In this document: piece by piece, positions 1 to 7,239 of the stretch
Layout: every line of letters begins with the position of its first letter
How positions within the stretch are numbered: the stretch's first letter is position 1
Source of the DNA: a virus
Lineage: Duplodnaviria; Caudoviricetes
DNA: 47,768 nt
Reading direction: 5' to 3' (one strand)
IMG/VR virus record: IMGVR_UViG_3300012940_000007
Span: 1-47,768 of that record
Notes under the pieces: generated by a model
The model's input: the letters and a program-made list of their open reading frames with translations, nothing else
Database searches by the model: none
Told to the model about the DNA's origin: nothing
Made by a program: the position numbers and the translations under genes

Positions 1-123
1 CCCATTAACAGACATCTGGCTGTAGTTGATATACAACGCCCCGCCATTAATATTCTCACACCCACACCCGTTAAGAACCACTTCCTTGCAGCTCTCAAAT
101 CGATAGGCCCTAGCTGTATTATC
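1..123. repeat. Contig-end overlap (copy 1)
   Basis: Identical to 47646-47768. It lies inside a continuous CDS, so it is an assembly circularisation overlap. Confidence 0.95.
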
Positions 124-1230
124 GCCAGGGTCTACAATGTTGTCTGCTCCACAAGCGTTAAACACGGAGTAGTTCAATCCTGTAACTACCCATCCCTCTC
201 CAGAGATGTCATGCGCCCAGCAGCTATTGGCTGTAACAGATGTTCCTGCATTAGACGCCCCTGCTGGCAATCCTGCATAAACATCCTTCTTGAAGTGGAA
301 TCCAATCTCTGCATCAGAAGCAGCTACACGAGTGAGACTAATCATCCATGCATCAGAGCTTTCCCAGCCCTTATAAGCCCCCTGAAGCCTTAAATCCTCA
401 AATACACATTGAGACACCCTAGGGGCGAACAAAGCCACTGAGCTCTGTCCTACACCCCCAGACATGAAGCTCACCCCCTTAATCGTCACATTGGAACAAT
501 ATGTCCCATTGGCAGGAGGATAGAGGATGGCTACAGCATCTGTTGTCTCGTACTGATCGAAGATGTTTCCAATAGACCCACTATTACCCGGTGCAAGGCG
601 ATTAACCACAATATCTGATAAATCTCTGGCTGTCTTTACAATCTGTGTCCTGAAGCTGCCCTCACCAATAATATTCATATGCTCTTGGATGACCAAGGGC
701 TTAGAAATCAGATACTGACCCCCAGGGATGAATAATGCTCTCTGCTGAGCATGGGCTGTATCAATAGCTTCCTGAATCTTCTCATACTGGTCATCCCCGA
801 TATTAGGGACGATATTGAAATCTAAGAAGCTCAGGGGGAATCCTTCTTCTCCCTCAATAGCCTGCACTCTCAAATCAAGGGCATCATACTCATCTTTAAG
901 CTCATAGATGGCTCCCTGTACATTCTCACTGTCTAATGTCTTGTAGGGGTCAAACTGCACAAACTTAGCTTCTGTCTGATCCCCTGTATTAAACACCAAA
1001 CCATTAATGTCTTTAAGACGTACAGGCTCATGATCGAAGGCAGGAGCTGGAAGATTGTATATGCGCTCCGAATTCATATCCAGAGGGTTATGCATCTCAT
1101 TAGGCTCACCTTCTGGATTACGCCTATAGAGGACATTCTCATTCAATTCTGTAGCAATTGCTTGGTCATTATCATTAATCTTCTGGAGATTGTACCCAGA
1201 GACAACTGAAGGAAGGGTTATTTTAGCCAT
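1..1230 (-). CDS. Tailspike/depolymerase 1, 5' part (continues at 47645..47115; about 586 aa in total)
   Basis: Absent from the ORF track. ATG at 1230 gives MAKITLPSVVSGYNLQKIND...NPEGEPNEMHNPLDMNSERIYNLP, open to base 1 and in frame with the 47115-47726 ORF. Contains a pectate-lyase-3-type beta-helix entry (DDQYEKIQEAIDTAHAQQRALFIPGGQYLISKPL). Confidence 0.85.
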   Translation of the reverse strand, partial: MAKITLPSVVSGYNLQKINDNDQAIATELNENVLYRRNPEGEPNEMHNPLDMNSERIYNLPAPAFDHEPVRLKDINGLVFNTGDQTEAKFVQFDPYKTLDSENVQGAIYELKDEYDALDLRVQAIEGEEGFPLSFLDFNIVPNIGDDQYEKIQEAIDTAHAQQRALFIPGGQYLISKPLVIQEHMNIIGEGSFRTQIVKTARDLSDIVVNRLAPGNSGSIGNIFDQYETTDAVAILYPPANGTYCSNVTIKGVSFMSGGVGQSSVALFAPRVSQCVFEDLRLQGAYKGWESSDAWMISLTRVAASDAEIGFHFKKDVYAGLPAGASNAGTSVTANSCWAHDISGEGWVVTGLNYSVFNACGADNIVDPGDNTARAYRFESCKEVVLNGCGCENINGGALYINYSQMSVNG

Positions 1231-1440
1231 TATGAGCCTTTATAAGAAGTTTGAGGCCCATGGCCTACATTGTTGTGGAATTGATACAGCTATCCATTTA
1301 AATACATAGAGAACAAGAACCCGGAATTCCAATGCACTTTCCTATTTCCCATAATTTCTGTGAGAAAATTTGGAGGGTCAATATGCATACATCGCACTCC
1401 CCATTCCCCCCTTATACCGGGGAGGGTGGGAGGGTAGATT

Positions 1441-2030
1441 CCTAAGATATTGGCCTAAGCAAGTGTCCTAGGGGAGATTTCCTAGGGGGTAATTATGTAA
1501 TGATCGTTATAGTATGTCTTTACCCTGTTCAGCATCAATCACCGATACTTATGGGGTAGATATCATACATAAGCTGTTGTTATTACTGGGATAGTTGTCT
1601 CAGGTAGTATGCTTAGGATAGATGCTTAGGCAGTTGTCTTACTATATACACATCTCCAGCTATCGCTGGCCGCATACAATCCATGCTTAGCAGCATGTCT
1701 TGTTGCTTGATGTGGTATGTCTTATTCTGCATCAAGCATTCAGCACCTCATGGTGCTTCATTAGCTTGTCTTAGTTAGATGCTTCAGCAGGGGCAGGGCT
1801 AAGCCTGCCTAGTCTGAAGATATATGTATTAAGCTGAATAACGATGATGATTATTCAGTACTTAATATAGTTGCTTTATTGATACTCTTCACAGAGGTTG
1901 TTTGCTTACAGTCTGATTGGAGGATATTACGGATAGACATAAGTCTAGACGTAATTCCCCTATGTCCTGACATATGCTTAATAAATAGCATGCTTTGTAG
2001 CATGCCTGATTAAGCAGTGATGTCTTACAT
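1441..2030. repeat. Array of short degenerate repeats (TGCTT/TGTCTT; CCTAAG/CCTAGG)
   Basis: ATGCTT at 1609, 1622, 1683, 1779, 1974, 1990; TGTCTT near 1515, 1635, 1696, 1718, 1767, 2021; no ORF of 60 aa or more. Confidence 0.6.
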
Positions 2031-2385
2031 AGACTGTAATGTCTGCTCTTTATCAGAGCCTTCACAGTAGGCGAAGATTACTATAATGATCTATCCAGGG
2101 AAACACGTCATTAACTAGTCGGTGCCTTGGAATATTAAATCCCTGTATTGTTCGTCCCGCAGTATCCTCTTATCCACATATCCTGCTGTCTCGATTCCGC
2201 TAGGTTTCTACCTCTCGATATGTAGGGCACTATGTCGATAATCATTCCAGTATCTAGCTTACAAGCAATGATAGCATTGCCAGGTTACCCCATTCCGCAT
2301 GTTGATAAGACATGCATCGGGTAATACTCACCACTAGATAGCTTCCTGATGTACATAGAATAGACATAAAACATACGTCTACATG

Positions 2386-2416
2386 TATATAGCCAAGGGG
2401 GGAAAGTGTCTTTGCA
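2386..2416 (-). promoter_or_regulatory. Candidate phage-sigma late promoter TGCAAA-N15-TGGCTATATA
   Basis: Same two boxes and same 15-nt spacing at 41636-41666. Both copies point into minus-strand late genes. Confidence 0.7.
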
Positions 2417-2456
2417 ATTAATTTACACATTGTTACTATTTAGATGTATAAAGTGT

Positions 2457-2484
2457 TTGACAAACAGGTTTAAAGGTGTAGAAT
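2457..2484 (+). promoter_or_regulatory. sigma70 early promoter
   Basis: TTGACA-16-TAGAAT upstream of the first early ORF. Confidence 0.75.
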
Positions 2485-2523
2485 AGGAACCATTGAAGGA
2501 ACAAACAAACCCAGGAGATTTTC

Positions 2524-2697
2524 ATGTACAAGCAAGAAACAATTAAACTATGGGCCAGACGGTGGACTACATCTTATGGTTGGGTTTGGCAACTGTGCAG
2601 GGAGTGTTATGTATCAGATAAAGATGCCTGGCTGAAGTATTGGGTTAGGGATGAACCAACAGTAGAATTTAGATTCTCCAACAAAAAGCCAAAATAA
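2524..2697 (+). CDS. Early hypothetical protein (57 aa, Trp-rich)
   Basis: AGGAG RBS; MYKQETIKLWARRW...KKPK; below the ORF-track cutoff. Confidence 0.75.
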   Translation: MYKQETIKLWARRWTTSYGWVWQLCRECYVSDKDAWLKYWVRDEPTVEFRFSNKKPK

Positions 2698-2700
2698 GTA

Positions 2701-2729
2701 TTGACAACCATAAACAGATAAGTTAATAT
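2701..2729 (+). promoter_or_regulatory. sigma70 early promoter
   Basis: TTGACA-17-TAATAT. Confidence 0.75.
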
Positions 2730-2768
2730 TCAGTTATCGAAACAAACAACACACCGGAGATTATTATC

Positions 2769-2930
2769 ATGAACTCTTACCACGTTACCCTGTATATAGA
2801 TGGATCACTCAGTACATATCAAGTGTACGCTGATGACCGGGACGAAGCTCAAGAGGAAGTTATACAAGTTATTGAGCAGGTAGGCGGTGTACATGGTGAC
2901 ATTGTATCAATCAAATTAAGAGGGGAATAA
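2769..2930 (+). CDS. Early hypothetical protein (53 aa)
   Basis: GGAG RBS; MNSYHVTLYIDG...KLRGE. Confidence 0.7.
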   Translation: MNSYHVTLYIDGSLSTYQVYADDRDEAQEEVIQVIEQVGGVHGDIVSIKLRGE

Positions 2931-2931
2931 A

Positions 2932-3150
2932 ATGGATCAAGTGACACAGTATTACATTGATGGCATCAAAGAGGCCCGCTCTTTCTTTGATAAATACGGG
3001 AAGGAAGATGGGTTCAGTATCCAGGCAGAGATTGATAACATCAAGAGTACGTTAAAAGGTTTCACACGTAGCTCTCCAGTTGGTCAGATGCTACAGGGAC
3101 AGCTAGAGTTCTGGATCAATCAGAAAAACAAACATGTTAAGGGGGATTGA
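2932..3150 (+). CDS. Hypothetical protein (72 aa)
   Basis: GAGGGG RBS, tight packing with neighbours. Confidence 0.75.
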   Translation: MDQVTQYYIDGIKEARSFFDKYGKEDGFSIQAEIDNIKSTLKGFTRSSPVGQMLQGQLEFWINQKNKHVKGD

Positions 3151-3151
3151 G

Positions 3152-3283
3152 ATGGAATCATTGAACATGTTTCTAGGTAAGGCATGGGTACTGTTTTTCT
3201 GGGGGTTCTTCCTTATAGCGGGTATCCATTCAGCATGTTTTCACATAAAACGTATTATCAAAGGTGAGGAGTACAGGCCATGA
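3152..3283 (+). CDS. Small membrane protein (43 aa)
   Basis: MESLNMFLGKAWVLFFWGFFLIAGIHSACF...; one hydrophobic segment; ATGA overlap with the next gene. Confidence 0.6.
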   Translation: MESLNMFLGKAWVLFFWGFFLIAGIHSACFHIKRIIKGEEYRP

Positions 3284-3444
3284 TAGCATTTAAAATCAAG
3301 CTGGCTATTCGGGTAGGCGGTAAGACCGAATACATCATTACATGCAGAGTGTCTGAGTCAGCGCATGAAGCTAGTCAATGGGCCTATGATATGTACAGGG
3401 ACTACGAGATTGTCGGATTGAAGGTTATACCGATTAAGAAATAA
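3280..3444 (+). CDS. Hypothetical protein (54 aa)
   Basis: GAGGAG RBS; MIAFKIKLAIRVGG...PIKK. Confidence 0.7.
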   Translation: MIAFKIKLAIRVGGKTEYIITCRVSESAHEASQWAYDMYRDYEIVGLKVIPIKK

Positions 3445-3541
3445 GGCTCTACAATCAATTAGTTTGTAATTTGATACCCACGTATAGGGTGATAGTTTTA
3501 AACGGCTCTGCGGGGCTGTAATCAAGTTTAAATGGTGTTGT

Positions 3542-3763
3542 ATGACTGTATATGTAGACCAGCTAGGTGATGAACTGTTATTTAAGGGCTATCCCTTGGA
3601 ATACGATGTAAAGATGGGACAAGTATCTTGGAAGAATATAACTATCGATGTCACTAAAAAAGATATTGATATGTTTATTAAGTGTAGGAAAAACCACAGT
3701 TTTAGTAAAGCTTGTGATTTATTTGTAACATTACTAAGAAAAGAGTTGACAAGCCTGATTTAA
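3542..3763 (+). CDS. Hypothetical protein (73 aa)
   Basis: ORF track; same strand as the early cluster. Confidence 0.6.
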   Translation: MTVYVDQLGDELLFKGYPLEYDVKMGQVSWKNITIDVTKKDIDMFIKCRKNHSFSKACDLFVTLLRKELTSLI

Positions 3764-3812
3764 TATGTTCTAATAGCTACATGGATGACAGAACGGCGTA
3801 TCCCAAAGGGAG

Positions 3813-4265
3813 ATGAGGGTGAAAGAGAAGACCATAATAGACAGAATAATGGATAATATATCTGTTTGCGACAACGGCTGTTGGGAATGGCAGGGCAATA
3901 AAACCAGAAACGGTTATGGTAGAATACATTACGAAGGAAGGAAACAGTTTGTACATAGGATAATGACCCCGGGAAAACCTACTGAAGAAGAGCCTTACTC
4001 GCTACACTCTTGTGATAATCCGGCATGTTGTAGACCAGAACATTTATCTTGGGGAAACAACAGCAGGAACACCAAAGAGAAGAGGGATAGATTAGGTACT
4101 CACGCGAGCCAGAAGATCACTCGAGAAGATGCTTACAAGATTAAGTTCTTAGAGAAAGGCCTTCAAAGAGAAATAGCGGATAGATATGGAATAAGCCAAA
4201 TGCAGGTGTCCCTAATACGAGCGGGTGGGACATGGAGGGATTTAGAATACGGCGAATACAAGTAA
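3813..4265 (+). CDS. HNH homing endonuclease with C-terminal HTH
   Basis: CWEWQG...GYG...VHR...HSCDNPACCRPEHL...N..N motif, then QREIADRYGISQMQVS helix-turn-helix. Confidence 0.9.
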   Translation: MRVKEKTIIDRIMDNISVCDNGCWEWQGNKTRNGYGRIHYEGRKQFVHRIMTPGKPTEEEPYSLHSCDNPACCRPEHLSWGNNSRNTKEKRDRLGTHASQKITREDAYKIKFLEKGLQREIADRYGISQMQVSLIRAGGTWRDLEYGEYK

Positions 4266-4289
4266 TTATCCAACAGATTTAAAAATAGA

Positions 4290-4318
4290 TTGACAATATT
4301 TAATATTAGCAGTATAAT
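4290..4318 (+). promoter_or_regulatory. Consensus sigma70 promoter
   Basis: Perfect TTGACA-17-TATAAT with an A-rich upstream tract. Confidence 0.9.
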
Positions 4319-4354
4319 ACAAACATCTTACTTAATTAATACCAGGAGAATACT

Positions 4355-4486
4355 ATGGTTTGGGTTAACGGATATTATATTTGGTATAACGACATGAGAA
4401 ACGCATGGATCGTGCAGGACGGGGTGGAGATTGTAAAGCAATACAAACATCTTGGTCACGCTAAAAATTACGCCAGCAATCACTAG
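4355..4486 (+). CDS. Early hypothetical protein (43 aa)
   Basis: AGGAG RBS directly after the promoter; MVWVNGYYIWYND...SNH. Confidence 0.7.
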   Translation: MVWVNGYYIWYNDMRNAWIVQDGVEIVKQYKHLGHAKNYASNH

Positions 4487-4496
4487 GGGAATCACC

Positions 4497-4790
4497 ATGA
4501 AAATCACAGTAACAGAATCAATCTTCCGTAACCAATTTGAAGCAATGGGACGTGGAGATCAGTTTTCACATAAGGCATTGGGCTGGCTGTTTGATATGCT
4601 GGATGATTTTGACAACGAAAACGAAGAGCTTGATGTTATTGCAATCTGCTGTGACTTCAATGAATTAAAGATTGAAGATGTACGATCAGAATATGATGTA
4701 CCAGAGGATCAAGATGTAATTGATTACCTGGAAGAGAATACATTTGTTGTTAATTCAGATGATGAAACTGTAGTGTTTCAAGCATTCTAA
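4497..4790 (+). CDS. Highly acidic hypothetical protein (97 aa)
   Basis: ATG 4497 after AGGGG; 26 D/E versus 6 K/R by my count. Confidence 0.8.
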   Translation: MKITVTESIFRNQFEAMGRGDQFSHKALGWLFDMLDDFDNENEELDVIAICCDFNELKIEDVRSEYDVPEDQDVIDYLEENTFVVNSDDETVVFQAF

Positions 4791-4799
4791 GGAAATATT

Positions 4800-5006
4800 A
4801 TGATTATACAATCTAAAGATTTCGGGGCGTATACAGTGGAGTTGCAAGCTAACACACTACTAGGCCATGACATATACACATTGCTTGTGTACAATCCAGT
4901 GAGCAAGGCTATCTACTTAGCAGATCAGAGTTTGTTTATTGATAGGCTTGCTAAATGTTATGATAGTTTTACACAGAACCGGGTTAGACATTGGGAGATG
5001 AAGTGA
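4800..5006 (+). CDS. Hypothetical protein
   Basis: TAAGGA RBS; ORF track. Confidence 0.7.
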   Translation: MIIQSKDFGAYTVELQANTLLGHDIYTLLVYNPVSKAIYLADQSLFIDRLAKCYDSFTQNRVRHWEMK

Positions 5007-5206
5007 GTGAAAAATTTGTATTGATATCAAAAGAACCATCTAATCGGAAAGAAGAGAGAAGGATTGAACTTTTGCGCCATAAGGTAATTGACTCAAACGA
5101 CCCTTGGGATATGCAGGAATTCTATAAAGCATGCGCGAAATGGTTTCAATCTAGGCACCTGCATGCTGTAAAAGAGATGGATTATGTAAAGGATAGAAAT
5201 GGATGA
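5003..5206 (+). CDS. Hypothetical protein
   Basis: GTG at 5003 after GGGAG, with GTGA overlap; preferred over the track start at 4991. Confidence 0.65.
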   Translation: MSEKFVLISKEPSNRKEERRIELLRHKVIDSNDPWDMQEFYKACAKWFQSRHLHAVKEMDYVKDRNG

Positions 5207-5384
5207 ACAAGAAATCAGAGATGCATTACACAATGGATTAACAGTCTGCTGGGTGAGAGATGATTTTGTAGTGAATTACGAAACCAAGGGTAATCTAAGG
5301 GTGTATCACGAAAACGAGATTAGACAGAAATGGGCGAAGGAGATTGTAGATTTTAATAGCTCATTCTTTTATATCAAGAAATGA
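5199..5384 (+). CDS. Hypothetical protein
   Basis: AAGGA RBS; overlaps the previous stop. Confidence 0.7.
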   Translation: MDEQEIRDALHNGLTVCWVRDDFVVNYETKGNLRVYHENEIRQKWAKEIVDFNSSFFYIKK

Positions 5385-5386
5385 GA

Positions 5387-5668
5387 GTGTTCAACACAGG
5401 GTATTAGATGCTCTAGTATCCTGAAATGAATGCTTTAAACAGAGACGCCAGGGGACTGTATAAATCCCCGGAACCGGAACGAAGTCACCGAGTAATCTTG
5501 GGAGGTGATGGATCTGCGAGCAAGAGGTAGCCTTTGAAACAGGGCTAATAAATATACCTGTTATCACGAGCGGGGCTTATTCACCTGCTCATAACATTAA
5601 CCTAGGTTGAATGTGGAAAATATAGTGTTTTGGGGTAAGAATTAAACAAGTAGCAGGTATATTTATTA
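5387..5668 (+). ncRNA. Candidate structured non-coding RNA(s) upstream of the tRNA
   Basis: 12-bp hairpin 5397-5423; 18-bp helix 5546-5563/5651-5668 with one G-U enclosing three hairpins; G-U pairs favour the plus strand. Confidence 0.55.
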
Positions 5669-5669
5669 T

Positions 5670-5751
5670 CCGTCCGTATCTCACCCGCCTTCTAAGCGGG
5701 CGTTAATCGAGTAAGCGGAGTATGGGGGTTCGAGTCCCTCCGGACGGGCCA
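5670..5751 (+). tRNA. Atypical tRNA-Arg(UCU), D-arm absent, 23-nt variable region
   Basis: Acceptor CCGTCCG/CGGACGG + G + CCA; anticodon arm CCCGC-CTTCTAA-GCGGG; T arm GGGGG-TTCGAGT-CCCTC; only 7 nt between acceptor and anticodon stems. Confidence 0.8.
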
Positions 5752-5793
5752 TACATATCGTAATAGTTTTCTTAACAGCCATCGGAGGCTAAT

Positions 5794-5973
5794 ATGTCAG
5801 CACTAAGTTATATCGTTAACAGTTTGGATGATGTCGGAGCATTGAAGATTGTAAATCGCAAGGGAGTGTACACTTGCTCGCTGCCAGGGAATAAGACTAG
5901 GACATTTCGTCGTGTATATCTGAATGGGGCTGAATTGCCTGTATATGTGGAGACACGGAAGGGGCGGGTATGA
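5794..5973 (+). CDS. Hypothetical protein (59 aa)
   Basis: GGAGG RBS; MSALSYIVNSLDD...; ATGA overlap with the next gene. Confidence 0.7.
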   Translation: MSALSYIVNSLDDVGALKIVNRKGVYTCSLPGNKTRTFRRVYLNGAELPVYVETRKGRV

Positions 5974-6164
5974 ACACAGACCTTGAAAACCAATTTATCA
6001 AGACATCCCTGGAGATATCTAAGCTACGGGATTTAGTCTGGCGAGACGGTACAGAGGAACAGGTGTGGTTTCTTCGTCAAGTGATGGAGAGCTTACATTT
6101 CATGAAGGAACACATCCAGAATAACCCGGAATTCCGGGGCAATCAACAGGAAGAGGTGGGATAA
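5970..6164 (+). CDS. Hypothetical protein
   Basis: ORF track; translationally coupled on both sides. Confidence 0.7.
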   Translation: MNTDLENQFIKTSLEISKLRDLVWRDGTEEQVWFLRQVMESLHFMKEHIQNNPEFRGNQQEEVG

Positions 6165-6550
6165 TGAATCAAAGACATAAGTGGGCAGATGTGATAATTG
6201 CCTGGGCGAATGGGGAGCCAATACAGGTAGAACAAGAGTCGGGAAAATGGAAGGATTATGGGGTTTCCCCAATATCGCCAATGTTTTCTCCAGCACTAAA
6301 TTATCGCATCAAGCCCCGCACGATCAAGATTGGCGATATGGAAGTGCCGGAGCCTTTGCGGGAGTTCCCGGTGTTTGGGGAGAAGTATTACCTGCCGTAC
6401 ATTACAGGAGACGTACTGTTTTGCGACATCGTGTGGCAGAATATGCCCGTTCAGAATAACGCTTATAAGCGGGGACTCATTCACCTAACACCAGAAGCCG
6501 CCATATCCCACGCCAAAGCGCTTATCGCTGTTTCTGGAGGTAAGGTATGA
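6164..6550 (+). CDS. Phage hypothetical protein (128 aa)
   Basis: HKWADVIIAWANGEPIQ...YRIKPRTIKIG...VPEP...GLIHLTPEAA; GAGGTG RBS. Confidence 0.8.
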   Translation: MNQRHKWADVIIAWANGEPIQVEQESGKWKDYGVSPISPMFSPALNYRIKPRTIKIGDMEVPEPLREFPVFGEKYYLPYITGDVLFCDIVWQNMPVQNNAYKRGLIHLTPEAAISHAKALIAVSGGKV

Positions 6551-6639
6551 CAATCTTTTTATCTTCCTTGGGATATGCCGTATTGGTCCTGATTGTGGGT
6601 GCAATTATTGCAGCATTTCTTACCGCAGTTATTAAATAA
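6547..6639 (+). CDS. Small membrane peptide (30 aa)
   Basis: MTIFLSSLGYAVLVLIVGAIIAAFLTAVIK; GGAGG upstream; ATGA overlap. Confidence 0.55.
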   Translation: MTIFLSSLGYAVLVLIVGAIIAAFLTAVIK

Positions 6640-6676
6640 TAGTAGCACAGGGCAGGAGTGCCCATTGGAGAATATT

Positions 6677-7048
6677 ATGAAAAGAGTATTTATGATAGCA
6701 TTCTTGTTCCTGGCTGCATTCAATGTACAGGCTCAGGAAACATCCCTTAAACTGGCATGTGAGACAACTACCAAATACATTGTACAGGCTTATCTCCTAG
6801 GAGTGGAGAGGGGAATACCAGTGCAGGAGAGCTTCGATAAGATGCTTCAGAAAGAGGATGTCAGAAAGAATATGATGGTGCATAGTATGATGACCCATTA
6901 CTTCCCTCTGGTGTTCACAGAGAGGTTGATTATAACCCGGAATTCCACCGAAATCATGAATAATGTAGCAGTTCCTGTCCTACAGGCTTGTTACACTGAC
7001 CTGCCTACATGGGCTAAATTCTTTGATAAAGTATTGGTGATGAAATGA
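6677..7048 (+). CDS. Secreted/periplasmic protein (123 aa)
   Basis: GGAG RBS before ATG 6677; signal peptide MKRVFMIAFLFLAAFNVQA|QET; two Cys in the mature part. Confidence 0.75.
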   Translation: MKRVFMIAFLFLAAFNVQAQETSLKLACETTTKYIVQAYLLGVERGIPVQESFDKMLQKEDVRKNMMVHSMMTHYFPLVFTERLIITRNSTEIMNNVAVPVLQACYTDLPTWAKFFDKVLVMK

Positions 7049-7239
7049 AACCTAAGTTTATTTATAACCCAGGCAAGGTCGAAACGGCGCCCAAGGGGGC
7101 TTACGGAAAGAGGGTTCAGGTTATAACTAGAGATGGTGTAAACTTTACGCTTAGCTTGCCCGCGAGGAATTACTACTGGGGAAATGACGGGAACTATTAT
7201 AACATCATAGCATACCGAATTATTGAGGATAAATCATGA
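7045..7239 (+). CDS. Hypothetical protein
   Basis: ORF track; ATGA overlaps. Confidence 0.7.
   Translation: MKPKFIYNPGKVETAPKGAYGKRVQVITRDGVNFTLSLPARNYYWGNDGNYYNIIAYRIIEDKS

Noticed and set aside
211-393. 60-aa plus-strand ORF, and the many other short ORFs antisense to or nested in long genes
   Set aside because: These are shadows of well-supported genes; only the Rz1 overlap has independent support (lipobox).
1441-2030. CRISPR array
   Set aside because: Repeats are 5-7 nt and irregularly spaced; there is no 23-47-nt repeat unit and no cas gene.
3746-3776. sigma70 promoter before the first HNH
   Set aside because: TTGACA is present but the -10 at 17 nt is TCTAAT; plausible but too weak to list.
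5752-5793. tRNA-associated HDV-like (theta) ribozyme
   Set aside because: The 42-nt trailer is AT-rich and runs straight into an RBS, with no nested pseudoknot visible.
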